A stretch of 64,000 nucleotides of DNA, taken from NCBI GenBank assembly GCA_046563655.1, contig CM102290.1, positions 13,640,001-13,704,000 on the forward strand, given 5' to 3'. A model generated the notes under the pieces. That model ran no database searches, was not told where the DNA came from, and saw nothing but the letters and a program-made list of their open reading frames with translations. Of the stretch, positions 1-14,000 are shown one piece after another (within the stretch, counting starts at the first letter, position 1; every line of letters begins with the position of its first letter). Both the position numbers and the translations under genes were made by a program. Source of the DNA: Yuukianura sp. NJ FZ-2021. Lineage: Eukaryota.

Positions 1-690
1 GAAAATATAAAAAGGTACCCTCAGATTTTGACGAAATTTCGAAAAAATCCATGGACTATAGTCCATGGTTTTTTTCAAAATTTGACGAAAAACTTGATGT
101 TCGATTTTGGAGTTTTCAGAATTTCTAAAAATTCTTCATATTTTTTGAAAGTTTCTCGCGAAGAGATTGGGTCTCTATCGCTTTCCGTTCACGAGATATA
201 AAATTTCAAAATTTCATTATAATTTTAAAAAACTTTCAAAATTCATAACTCGGGAACGGAAAGCGATAGAAAGGTAAACTCTTCACCCCTGAATTCACAA
301 AAATATATAGTATTTTTAGAAAATATAAAAAGGTACCCTCAGATTTTGACGAAATTTCGAAAAAATCCATGGACTATAGTCCATGGTTTTTTTCAAAATT
401 TGACGAAAAACTTGATGTTCGATTTTGGAGTTTTCAGAATTTCTAAAAATTCTTCATATTTTTTGAAAGTTTCTCGCGAAGAGATTAGGTCTCTATCGCT
501 TTCCGTTCACGAGATATAAAATTTCAAAATTTCATTATAATTTTAAAAAACTTTCAAAATTCATAACTCGGGAAAGGAAAGCGATAGAAAGGTAAACTCT
601 TCGCCCCTGAATTCACAAAAATATATACTATTTTTAGAAAATATAAAAAGGTACCCTCAGATTTTGACGAAATTTTGAAAAACCTCAGAT
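1..690. repeat. 318-bp tandem repeat, >=2.1 near-identical copies, truncated by the window start
   Basis: gaaaatataaaaaggtaccctcag recurs at 1, 319 and 637. Confidence 0.95.
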
Positions 691-1946
691 TTTGACTAAA
701 TATTGAATAAAACAGCATATTTTGTTTTTTAAATTTAAAACCGACAAATGTATTGCCTCTTCTGAAAATCCGACGAAATGTTGCAGATCAACGATGGTTC
801 ACAGCGAATAAAATATAGTGCCATCTTTACCAGAAACAATAACATTAACTCACAAATTCTGAATCAACTCATCCTTCATTTATTCTCTTACTTTCCGAAT
901 TAAATTACATCAATAATAATTTTGGAATACATAATTTGTCTTTTGGAGCAAAATTATGTGGACTCTGAAAATTATAGTTACGAATAAATATAGCAAAAGT
1001 ACAGACGGTTTTCTTAAGTTGCACTAAAAAGCGAAACGGAAAAGGACAAAATAGTACAAAGGCCAATGAAGTTGCACATAAAATAACTCAACCTTCAGTA
1101 AATCCACCAATTAACTTAATTAGGGGGTTGTGATGCTGGGGGGAAAAGAGGGGGATTTGGTGAAATTGAGTTGTTTCAGCAAGTGTCAATAGCCTTGACC
1201 TTTGTGGAGGTGGCTACTAGCTTACACATTAATTTATTTCTATAGGTGTGTATTAATCCTAATATCAATTTCCCATAACTGCCTAAGCATTATGAGTAGT
1301 ATGGCCTAATTTAAGCCCAACACTTAATTATTGGAGGTTTAACCATTATGAGCTTTCTAGTTATCTATCGCTTTTGAGGAATATTAACATTTTGCCGTGA
1401 ATTACGTCACGTGACAAACCACAGCACAGGTTCTCTCACGCAATTAAATATTTAAATTTAGCGGATACCAATTACTCTGTAATATATATTATCTGTAACC
1501 TTACCATGCACACTTAACCACACTGTATAATTACAAAAGCTATGTTTCTCGGTACATATTTTTATAAGTTATACACCACAACACCGAATTAGTAGTACAA
1601 AGGATGCTTCACAACAACTTAACAGAACAAGATCTTTCAAGGGATTATTCTGACAGATCCAAGTTCAGTTTAAGGATTCCGTGCATCCAAGAGACGAGTT
1701 CTGCAGTTTGGATATTTTGAGGATAGTGTCGTCAGTTGCCTCTTGTGATTCTACTGCCACAAAACAGTACTTTTTCTTAGTCAACAGTTGTAACAATTCT
1801 TATTTTCATTCTAATTTACACTTAAATCTACCCTTATTCTAAACACATTCTGAAGCTGAGCGTATATCTCAACAGTTTTCGGGAAACAAGCTTTTCTTTT
1901 CTGCTTATTCCTAGCCTAACTCTTAACTTAACATTGTTTTCTCAGG

Positions 1947-1952
1947 TTTATT
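1947..1952 (-). promoter_or_regulatory. Candidate proximal polyadenylation signal AATAAA (others at 1233-1238 and 879-884)
   Basis: tttatt on the + strand, downstream of the TIAR stop codons; usage unverified. Confidence 0.3.
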
Positions 1953-2023
1953 AGGCAACACATGGATTTCTAACGCTAAGATTCTAACATGTCAAACTGA
2001 TTTTGGGGACAAAATCAGGTCCG

Positions 2024-2032
2024 TCACTGAGC
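2024..2032 (-). CDS. TIAR: Candidate terminal coding micro-exon (A-Q-stop) followed by 3' UTR
   Basis: Strong acceptor ctcttgtttggttttgtttcag|GCT CAG TGA; phase 0 matches the weak donor CAA|gtggat at 2155/2154. Confidence 0.6.
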   Translation of the reverse strand, partial: AQ

Positions 2033-5000
2033 CTGAAACAAAACCAAACAAGAGATATTATAACAGATCCTGCATATTCTCCTTCAGTTTAGCTTTTAAA
2101 TATTGTTTAAAGATAGTTTGTTAGGCTTTATAGGAGAAATCTATTTTTATCCACTTGAAACTGTTGCATCGGATAGGCAGCGGCTGCCATCATGCCGGCC
2201 GTCGGTTGTTGAATTCCAGTATTCTGAGCAGCTCCGGTCATAGGTTGCGTTCCTGTAGTTCCTCCAGACATTCCTTGGCCCCATGACGACATTCCTTGCA
2301 TTCCAGCCACATTCCTGCAACAAAGCAAACATGTCAGTAAAGAAGAAGCCACGGAGAGGTGGCAGCACTGACTCAAGGCTTCAGCTCGGCCGAGTCCTAC
2401 AACGCCCAAGAACACACCAAGAACCTACGCATTTACCATTCTCTCTGGTCTTGCCCGCTATTACGCCCGCCATTATTGTTCCACTCTGCTCCCTGAGAAT
2501 TGGGGTTTTGTTGGTGTCGAGTAGATGAATCCGGAGCCCTGAGATTAAAAATATACTCACAATCTAAATCCACCCTCGTAGGAAATGGGCGGGTGGAAAT
2601 GGAAAGTATAACCACAACCGAGGACGTAAGTTACAAGTAAAACCCTGTAGCCACTCTCCCGGTACTCTACAACACCGTCTGCTCCTAGTGAGATCAACTA
2701 GCAAAGCTAAGGACAAAATTCAAAAGAGAAAGTCTCCAGTGAAAGTATAGAGGGCAGCGTGATCTGCCTTTCACCACAAGCTAACGAACATTTCCGGTAA
2801 CTTTGCTACCAGTTCAACCGCATCGTCACAGATGGAGTTACAGGGCGATGGGAAAGTTTAGAATTAGACAGCCTTTGTTGCAATTCAAGTCTTCTTTTGA
2901 GTTAAAGGTCATGATTGAAAGTAGGCCAGACGATGGACACTAATGTTAAGAAGAGCAGGCAGAAGGATAGGGGCATTGAATAGATGGCGAAAGACCAGAC
3001 GAGAAGGACTGGCAGACGGATTTAAGCATATTCCTAATACACCTCATTCTCTAAATAAGAAACTAAAAACGTCAACCCTTTCTTCATTTCTTGTCGTTGG
3101 CCTCAACCAGGCTTCTTCTATGGCCGAACTGAAAGGAAATGGAGAAAGGTTTGAGGTTTTTCGTTTCTTATTTAGAGAATGTGCTGTACTCATTTGCCGA
3201 GAAAAGCACAAGGTATTTCCCGGAAGAAGGCTCCTCCTTACCCCATATAACCCTGCTGGTAACCAAAATTCCCATAAGAGTAGCCAGGGATCCCTTGCAG
3301 AAACTGATTTTGCATCTGAGCGTTGGGGTAGCCCTGAGGATACCAATAACCCATTTGTTGCCCTGCAGTTCCAGCAGCCGACGTGGTGTAGCCATAGGGT
3401 GTGGTGCTCACTGCTCCGTAGCCATAAGGTTGTTGCTGCACAAAAGTAAATCAAGTTTAAGTAAATGTTTACCAAGATTTAGTACTTTGAGGAGTGGAGT
3501 TGGCTACCTGATTAGAGACATTCGCAGGGTCACCGGCTTCCTTTCCCCAAGAGCACTTGACCCCTTGCCCATTAATCTCGGTGTTATGTACAGCCACGAT
3601 TGCATGGGTGGCAGACTCCTTCGTAGCAAACCTGAAAGTGAGACATGAAAGTAAGACTTCTTGCATTGTAAAAGAGTGATGGAGGGATGGTTTTGAAACG
3701 GAGAAAGTCAGTAAGGAAGTAAGTGGCGGGAGAAAGAAGAGGGCAGGAAACGAGGGTCATGTCGTGATTTGTGAGGGCAGAGAGTGACATGAGGAGCATA
3801 CCGAATGAAAGCGTATCCCTTATCCTTAAACACTCGCACTTCCTGGATTTGACCAAAAGGAGAGAAAGTTTTTTGCATCAGTTCGTCACTTAGGCCGTTG
3901 GAAATGCCTCCACAGTAGACCGTGCAGTTAGTTGGACTCGATAGATTATATACTTCATCGAAGGTCAGTTGCTTGGAAGTCCCCACTGCAAACAAATAAA
4001 ATGTCATTAGAACATGCTGTCTGGAACAGACGAGAATGTGAGGCGTCTAGGTTCAAATGACCTCTCTTGATATGATTCTGTGGAGAGAGAAAGCAGAGTA
4101 GCTCATCCCTCCAAGGAACTTTCCACTTATTTAGTTTCTCCCAGGGAATAGACTGGAGATTCTTGGGAAGAGGAATCATCAGAGATAAAAAGCACATCAG
4201 GGAAAATAACCTTACGGCCCACTCACTCAATCTACATAGTACAGTTAAATCGATTCCCAAGGAAAACAACGGAGAGGGCGGAGAATGCATGAACAAACTC
4301 CATTCCACCGTCTCAAAAATCCCAAGCAGTTTGACTCAAATAATAATATTATTTTTCACAGACTGCCTCGGGCAAAGAGACACGACGCTATGCAATCCTC
4401 ATATTCACACAAAGTGTCATCAGTATAAAATTGTAAGAGATAATGGTCTTGGGTTCCATGCCATTGCTCCGAATGAACTTCTTCGAATGAACTGTCACGA
4501 AACCAATTGCTCCGAAAATAGATATATACTAACATTGTGACTTATAACTCAACCAAATGTAATCTCACCATTGTTAGTAGTTTTCAAATTTCCATAATAC
4601 GCGAAACATTGCTGATTTTATAACATAAACCTTGTTAGTTTTCCATAAGGCCCGGATCATTGCTGCTTACAAAATCATTAGCAGTCACACTTTTGCAAAG
4701 TTTCTTCAACTTGTTATTCAGCGTGTTGAACAGAAGTCAATTTAGAGCTTAAAACGAACAGACAACAGGTTGTTTTTTTTTATCCTATTAACACCATTAA
4801 ATTCAATTTTCTATTGATTTCCCTTCAATGGCGTCCAGAATTGGCTTTTGTCAATAAATTCTGTAACCAAAACGTACAAATCCACTGAAGAGTAAATTTG
4901 TTAAACTCTTCAGCTCCTTTCCCCGTTAAGAAAGTCTCCTTGTCATCATCAAGTGAACATGAAAGAGCGGAAGGTTTGAACGATTGGGAGTGAGAGAATG

Positions 5001-8000
5001 ACATTGTTATCAAACACCCTCACTCTCAACTGAACCCATTCAATCAAAGTCTCAAACAAATCTTTGACTACAACTTCTACTATTTTCTCCTCCTTTCTAA
5101 AGAAAACTTTCAATTTGTTTGAACTAAAGGACTTTCACTTTTCAGCTTTACCTAGAGAACGAACAATTCTAAAAAAAGGAACAGGGGAAAACAACCTGTC
5201 TAAAAACTGTAAAAGACGCTCTTCACTCGTTTAAACTCCGAGTTGAGTAGGAAACCAAACTTTTCCCAAATAATGAAACCTATAGTTACTCCAATCTTAT
5301 AAAAAAGTGGCATTACATTAAAAATCAGTTAAAGTTTCCATTTCCTCCTCCACTCGTATCATTATTCCCAAAAATTCAAATTTTTTTTTTTCAAAACTGA
5401 AACGGGCAAGAGGAAGAAGACGGAGGAGGGAAACCTGAAGTTCCTTGAACCTATTTCCTACTTCATGAAATTGATTAAGCGAGGATAATAAAGGACATAA
5501 ATTCCGAGTCGCTTACATTTAAAACTGGAATAGAACTTGTGCTTAAAGGATGGAAATGAAAATGGAGCTCAGCAGTAGCGGAGAGAAGCAAAACGAATTG
5601 AGACAGGCTTGGCAAGGACCAGCGTCTCCAAAGTCCCATCCAAAGATCTCTCTTTCTACTTTCACTTTATTACTCTGAAAAGTCCAAAAGCCTCATCCGC
5701 CATGATCAAGTGGATGTTGTTTCACTTTTGCCCCGTTGAGCCCACAACTCTTTGTCCTGGTCTTCCACTTCCACAAAAAAAAAGAGTCACAAAAAAGAGA
5801 AAGTCAAAGTCAACGTCTTCTCCCGCACTACAAGGATTAGGAACACACACACCAAGAACAAGAAAAACAACATAATTTTTTTTTCGGAGGAGAAATATCT
5901 TCAAAAAATATCACCAACAAAGATTTTCATTTTTTTTCTCCTCGCTCTTTATCCCCTTTTCTTTTTGCGCTTAAAAAAGAGAAAGAATGGGGAGACTTCC
6001 GTTGCGCAAAGGGATGCGAAAGGGCTGTTCCATTTGTCGCAGAGCCAAGAGGGAAAATGGATATGGACAACGAGGATATTTATATTCAGAATTATGCATA
6101 TTGAATTTCCCATCTGCTCCTTCCACTACTCTCTTCTACATATGCTTCACCGTACTTGAGCAACCCACTTTCCTCTTGATTCTTCCATTCCGACCGCCTG
6201 CCAAAGGCTCACAAGTGAAAGCTGTACAGAAAAGTGAAAGTCGTCAGTGTAAGTTGGGTTGGAACAGCAGTAGTTGTCTCTGGAGTCCTGACTATTTCAT
6301 CAGCTTTATCTAGAACTAACCCAACAAGTTCACAGCCAAAAGATGCCAGTACATCATAGAATGAAACTCCGACAAACGATAGGTGTAGAGACCTCGACGA
6401 GTCTTGAGAGCCAAGCAGACACTTTCGGCAGCCCTAAATTCAGTGCAGAGGACTTTTGGTCTTCATTCTACAGAAAGCAGAGACCGAGAATAAGGTTTCT
6501 TTTGGACTGACACGACTCTTGTCAAAACTAACACCAAAAATACCAAGGCCCAAGACCATTTACTCCAAGGTTTGTTGACTTTGATTTTCTTTAACAGGTT
6601 GGGTAATACCTCATGTTTTTTCGATTTGGCAAAAAAGTGTCTTTTCATTTTAGGGCATCGTAGTCATAGCATTCCAGCCGAATTTTTTAAATTTTGAGAT
6701 TTGGCACCAATTTTTTCGGATTGGTACTAATTTTTTTTTTTCATTTATTTGTCAACAAGCGAGGTAGTACCCAACCTGTTAAAGAAAATTAACTTTTCGT
6801 TGTCAAGGGACCTTGATTTAGTCTTTGGAAAAAGAACAAATGAAATACTTGTGAGGTCGGAACAGGAAAGACTGAAGTAAGAATTTTATGAGGAAAAGCA
6901 GGGAGAAAGAGAGAGTTGACATTAATACTCTAATTGGGTGGCCAAGAGGAACAGACTTTGTAACAAGATGAAGTGAGAATTGGTTATGAGAATACTATCC
7001 ATACAATCATCAAACCTATGAAAAAAAGTCAATATGCTTTGACTTTCCCTTAGGAAAGCGTGCCAGAGAAATGAGACCCATTAGTTGCGGCATCGTCTTC
7101 TGACATATTGAGAAAGAAATATAACTTTATCCTTTCACTATGAAATGAACTATAAAACGTAAGAATAAAAATACTCATCTCCATTCCGCACTTTCACTTT
7201 CACCAAAAAGACGGCAGCAGAGAAGCAAAGAGATAAAAACAGGATTACTTTGCCAATTAAACAACCAGACCTTTCACTCTGCACAAAACCACCTCAACGT
7301 CAAACGTCAAATGGCAACAGAACTTCATAACTTCCGTTCGCAACTTTCTCCTCCTCTAGCCAACCCTTCAAAATCCAGAATGTAAAGGCTCAATTCTATT
7401 TGTAAAAAAATACTGAAAACTAACTGCTTAAATAGTACCGATTTTATATATAAAAAAAATTGAAACTTTCAAAAAATGTTTCAAACCAATCAGTGTACAA
7501 CTTTAGCGTAACGAACAGAAAGTAACAAGGAGAAAGTTATATTCGACATTTCTTTAAGTTTTAACGCGTGAAAATTTTAACTTATCATACGTTGTATCTC
7601 TCGTTATGTCATTGCGTCTTTTCCGGTCAAGTTCGAGCGTTGCCAAGTTTCAGATTTCAGATTGAGAAAAATTTTGAAAGATTTTTTACCAAAATCTACG
7701 TTCTAAGTTGAGGTGAACAAGTGTTGATGCTAAAATGGGGAAGAACAAAGTCTTTGCGTGTGGTAGAAGAATGATAAAGTGAACAAATTGATATCCTTTG
7801 ATGATAGTTATTCAATGAGTGGAAATCAATAGATGCAACAAGCTGCAAAAACTTCACAGCTACCCATATGAAATCCCATTAGATTCACCTCCCTCGTTAC
7901 AAGACCCATCGAATACTACTCAAAAATGATCAAATTTGCCTCAATTCAAGCTAAGCCTTCCCAGAATTATATTCCTACCAATAGGAAAGAAGCCTTACAG

Positions 8001-11000
8001 CCACTCTTCATTTAACTTAAAATGAATGGAAGCAACTTGCAACTTTTTATATAAATATAATATTAAATTTTGTTTGGATTAACTTAATGATTTCTCTTGT
8101 TTGTCCTTTGTGAGAGAGAAAGCGGAATGAAAAATGGGGGAACAAGGGACCAAGTGTAAGCCACTTCTTTGACTTTCACTCAAAAGGAAAAAGTTGAGTT
8201 ATTTATCTTTCTTTGTCAACTCCTCACGCGTACACTTGGAAGTGTCCTCTTCATCTTTGCCACCACTTTTCAAAACTGAGCATCATCTTCCTCATTTGGA
8301 TTCAGACGGAACTAACACATAGAGAGAACCCATATTTCTTTGGTCCCATGACACGAGAGAGAGCAAGAAACAATTAAACAGTCTCGTCTCATGCCCACAG
8401 CCCAAAAGGAAAAAGTTGTCAACAAGTTCTGGACAAAATTAGGAATAAGTCTTGTGCACAGTGGGGAGGAAGATAAGTGTGTCCAGCAGGACAAGTTGGC
8501 TGGAAAGCATGTGATGAATTTGGAATCAGGGTTCCTCTTTGTATTTGAGTCTTCTTCTTTGCTCCAGCATAAATATATAAATAATTCATTCCATTGGCGT
8601 GAGTAAACCCAAGACTAAGAGAGAAAAAGAGAAAGTCAGTTCTAATGCTCACAAAGGGAAAGTAGTGTCGAAGACAGTCGGGAATCCAAATTATCTGCTC
8701 CAAGTCTTGTAGTATGGCAGGGAGCCTTTCCTACGCTTTCCTACTTTCTCGTAAAACGGAATGAGAAAATAATATTGTAATCGACAGAGGCGTCCGAGAT
8801 TCTTTTCTATACGAAACGACTTTCTTTCTCACACAAGTCCAACCGTATTCTAAAATTCAGACTATAAAAACCTCTCACTTTTCTCCTACTCTTTCTTAAA
8901 ACATGCAAAGGTATGGACACAATGAGATTTTGACTGTCTATTGATTCCTTTAGTTATTAGTTGACTTGTCTCTCATTTTAGTCTTTCATAGGCCAATTCC
9001 TCTTCGTGTCCATTCCTTTAAGGAATAAATGAGGCTTCCCATTTCTTGTTGGCGCATTTAAATGAGCCAACATGGGAACGGGAGGGAAAAGAGGACGGAA
9101 TAATAAAAGTAAATGGCAGAGATTATTTATGAGTGGTGAAAGTGGAGAAAGCAGAGTAGAGAGAGAGGGGAAGTTATCATGTTCACAACGCATTTTGCCT
9201 CACTCTTGTAACACAACTTTCAAAACTAACCTTTGACACAGAATCCAATTCCATTCAGTCATAAAAATAAACAGTTTTTTCTTTAAAAAGCGTAGTAGTT
9301 GGAAGAAGTTAGAGATGGTGGTGTGTTGGAATGGCGTGCTAATGTTTAAAATCAAGATGAGGGCGATTAGAGAGGAGAGCGACAAAGATCCTGTTTAATT
9401 GAGACCCTGGAACTCATTAATATTCTGGAAGGGACGTTGCATTTTCAGTGGAGCCTTCCAGAAATATTGCTCATGGACAAAGTAATTTCTTCAAAGGCTT
9501 CTTATGACCTCCTTCCTCACTCTCCACTTTGGCTAACAGAGCTCCCCCATTCCACTTTCTCTTGATTACAACTCTGCGTGCCTTAGAAATGAATTGTATT
9601 TCCTCACAAAATTCACAACTTCAAGTGGGAGAGCGTGAGGCCACTGCTGTTTTTCCTTACAACTGCTGAAACCTAAAGGTAAGGTATAGTAAAGTGTAAC
9701 TTTTAATAGAAGAATATTAACTGCTACTAAACTCCGAGAGAAACAAGGCTCTACAAATGGAGGGGGAGATCAACAGGGACCTTTGAAAATTTCCTCAGGA
9801 ACTCAAACGGCTTCCATGCCTTGATTGTTGTGTCGTTTTAGACCTGATTTATAATCGGTTTTAGAAACTTAGACCTTAGAACCAAACACGGTTCTGCCTC
9901 AACGGACTAGTCCAACAATAATTTCATCGATAAGATTCAGACCTCTACTTTCACGTCTCTACTTTTGTTGGCGGGACTCATTAAATGCAGCTCCAGCACT
10001 CACCTGCCCAGCCCTCCTGACTTCAACTCCACGCCTATAACACTCATAGGCACAGCAGAGCACGACAGAATTTCAATTGAGCAGAGGAATTAAGCCTTTT
10101 CACTTTCCGAAAGCTGACGGCAGAAGAGAAAGCATTTTCAACACACAAAAAATACAGGAACTGAGCTCTTAAGAAGGTGACACTCCGCCTAGTTCAAACA
10201 AGGTTCAAAGGTCAGCAGGGTTTAGCTTGAGAGGAAAGCAAAGAAACTAATCAGATGCAAATTCAATACACAAGTAAAGGCAATTCCTACTTTCACTCAA
10301 AGTTCAGCAATTAGCCAATCGAGTTTCTTTAAATGATGAAAAGAGAAAGAACTCCATCACTAAATCTGTACGTTAAGTTTCACAAACTCAGAAAAAGTGA
10401 AAACCAGCAAAGCAAACTCCCAAAACTTTCCATTCACCTTTCACTTTCTTGAATCCAGAAGATTGGAGCTCAGTTTTAAGGTGAGATTAAGCGGTTGGCA
10501 TTGGAAGCGCGGCAAAGGGCATTGAATATAATCCTTGCCTCCGAGCCCTTCAATATTTCAACCGAGTGACAGTTGGCTTCGCCTGCTCTCTTTTTTTTTG
10601 CCTAGAGATGAGTCCATTATCAATCCAATTCCATTTACCTACTACACATTTCCACCCACTTTCACCACCTCAATCCAATTCCACGGGATAGACACAGGAG
10701 AAGCAGAGGAAATTCCTCTACAAAATATATACTCTTCTGATTTTTAGTCTGACGATTATCGATTTCATGTATCATCTCACACTCTTCCTTTCCCGCACTT
10801 TCTCCATTCTTCCCTCTTACAATGAGGCTGTTTGGATTTCATACACTCCCTCATCCTCTCTTCTGGAAAACTCACAACAGCCAGGAGGCACAGAACAGCC
10901 AAACATTTGACTCCCATCTTCACACACAAAAATTCAAACCACTCTTACCATTTCCAATGCCAAACCCCTCCAAAATGGAAAATCTCAACTTCTCGAGAAA

Positions 11001-14000
11001 AAAAAAACTCAAATTCACGTTTTTCCCACTTCACATGACTACATGGCAACCACTACTGATGGCTACATGGCTAGGTACATACAACTGATGCCTAGATAGC
11101 TAGACCTGATCGGGACATGGCTACTATTGATGGGTACATGGCTACCGCTAATGGCTACATGGCTACTGCTGATGGTTACTAACGATGGATACATACTACT
11201 GATGGTTGCTACTGATGGGTACATGGTTTTTACTGATGGGTACATGGCTACAGCGAAAGGATACATGGCTGCAGCTGATGGCTACATGACTACTGCTGAT
11301 GGTTACATGATGCATGGCTACTACTGATGTGTACATGGCTATTATTGATGTGACACGGATACCGTTGATGGCTACATGGCTACTACTGATGGCTACATGA
11401 CTACTACAGAAAATGGTCAGTCTTTAATTATTCGCTGATGGGTCAATTCGTCTCGCGTGCAGAGATTATGCCCAAAAAAGAGAAAGTAAAGAATGCGGGA
11501 CGAACGGCATGCTCCGGGCACCATCAGCTCTGCTTTCTCCTGCCGAAAAAAAACCCATTGTGTGAAAAGCTTTTTCGTGTCGGCTATAGCCAATTACGCA
11601 TGACACATACTTGCTTTCTTTTTTTGTGTAGCTTTCTTTTTTGATTAAGGGATTTTTCTAGGGAGTAATTCATCACCTCCCAATGATGCAAGTGGGGTTT
11701 AAAATCCAATTCTGTACGAAAAAGGAATGGGCCAAACTTCAAAATAGTTTTGTTGCCAACTCTTGTTCTATAGTTGTTCTTCACTATAGCCGTGGACTCA
11801 ATGATCCGTGTAGTAAGGGGGTCCTGACTTAATATGGAACTACGACACGGTGTGATTCCCAGAATACATTTAGTACTCTGTAGTTTTTGTAATGGCTCGC
11901 CAGGAACGGACGACGTGTGTGACTGATTAAGTTTATGAACATGGGAAGGAGGGGGTCATGTGGATCGTCTGTGGCGTGTTTTCCAGAGTGAAAGCAGTCG
12001 ATTAACTTGATAGCAGCTTTCCCATTTTGTTTAGGGAGAAAGAATGCCCGTAAATGCTCTGCCTAGACGATACCTTCCGTAGTATACAACTGATAAATGC
12101 CCGTCAAGAACAACGGACACTTCCGTTTTAACAAAATACTACTAACGACATACGGCTAAAACAACCTACCTATCTCTCTCGATCGAAGATTCGTAAATGA
12201 AAGAATTTAAAACAAGTTTGCATTCCCGCGTTACATTAGGATAGTGTTAGCTCAGTGGTTAGAGGTCTGGCCGGAATAAAGAGATGTTGGTTCGAGTCGA
12301 TCCCACTCGGTTGTTTAATTTTTTTGTAGTCATTCCTTGCCTCTCAAACCATATGAGCTCTGAACCTCACACGCTCCCGTGGGAAACGGGCTCAAAGTGG
12401 AACAGCGGAATGATTCAAGATTCAAGGCAAGAACTTCTTTTTGTAGCTCAGTGAAAACAATTTTGGCACACGGCCCAAACAGTAGTTATAAAGCACAGCG
12501 ACGCCCTTAGAAATTTTTGACTGTTCCAACTACCAAACTAATCTGAAGAGAGAGAGAATGAAAAGTAAAGTTTTCATTTAGAGTCAAAGTCAAATGGTAA
12601 ATTTCCGGTTGCCAAGAATTAAAATATTCATACATTTCCTACTTTGTTGTGGAATTAGAGAAATGACGAGAGAAAGTTAGAATTGGAAGCAGAGCTTACC
12701 TTCTCCTTTGGGTGGAGGTGGCTTTCTGGTGGCCCAATTGGTTCGGATACTTCGATTCCCAAGCCACTGCCCGTTCATCCCATTTATAGCCGCTTCCGCT
12801 TCCTGCACAAAAACACAAAAGGAAATTAGTGGCGGAGTTCTCGAGAGAGACGGCTGGAAGCTACGGAAAAGCAGATTCAGAGGGCTGGAAGCTCCGGAAA
12901 AGTAGTATAAGGATTGTAGAGACTAAAACAATGGTGGGAGAGTGCTAAGGGAGTCTGGTTCTGGCCAACTAATGAGTCAATGAATCCCATTTGGGAAGAT
13001 AGGATCATCAGGGCACGAGATGTGGACTGTTGGTGGAATCAAAATAGTGGGAGAACTAATTACTACTGCGACCCCAGTCGACACGCCCTCTATGATTTTA
13101 CTAAGTTCATCCATAATTAATTCAAGAGAAAGTGGGAGCGGATTAATGGACTTTCACCACTCTTCCTTCATTTCCTTCTCCGGGACCCAGTAGACCACTT
13201 TCCGCTCTGCACATCACTTTCACTTACCGTCTTTTTCACGAACGAGACGAACCCATAGCCTTTGGATTTTAACGTCTGAGGATCCCGAACGACACGACAG
13301 TCTCTGGAAACAAAAAAAAATCCAGCAAATTAGAAACTAAAAAAAGGGGAATAGAGGCCTCTGCTCTGGATTATGTTCTCAAAGACAGTGGCTGGAGCTG
13401 GAAAGCATACAAATGAACTACTTTAGAGAAACTCCCGGACTAAAGACTTTGAATTGAGACACAAGTGGATAACTATTATTGGAAACAAGACGCTCCAGCA
13501 GAGAAAGTGAGCTCGATAGTACAAATTGACGTTTTTCATTCCAAACTAATTCGGAGCGACATAAAAAGAATGTGGCCTTCTTTTTCTAGACAAGACCTCA
13601 AACTGGAAAGAAAGCCGAGGGTTAAGCCCTAGCCGGAGTTACTTGGAGGAACAGAACAGTCAAGGTAGGGAAACTGCTTCACAATTTAATCTTTAAAATT
13701 GCCTCTAAATTTCTTTTGGTTCGGATGGGCCGAATATGAAGCGGGAGAGGGATCATAATACAGCAAAACCCCTCTTATGACAACTATTTTTTTCTTGCCG
13801 GGACACCGTAAAACCAAAGTTTCTGGTAGTGTTGCTGGATGGATAAAATATTTGTTCCACTCTCCTCGAAAGTGGTGGATAAATATATATTTTATTGGTT
13901 TCTACCAATTTTTGGTTTCAATTTCGTCAACCAGAAGGATTTTCCCCGGATTTATCCATTTTTACCTGGATTTTATCCAGATTTATCCATTTATGATCTC

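Noticed and set aside
1665..1770. Further terminal coding exon after ttttgtggcag
   Set aside because: No TIA-like sequence in any frame; more simply 3' UTR.
3436..3471. Alternative donor TTG|gtaaac
   Set aside because: It would leave a ~36-nt intron and the wrong phase for the 3435 acceptor.
2943..3648. Long plus-strand ORFs (168 aa, 169 aa) and the alternative-frame minus ORF 3044-3475
   Set aside because: Antisense or off-frame shadows of TIAR exons; no recognisable domain.
11063..11327. Repetitive ORFs (MATDGY...)
   Set aside because: Translation of the 21-bp minisatellite.
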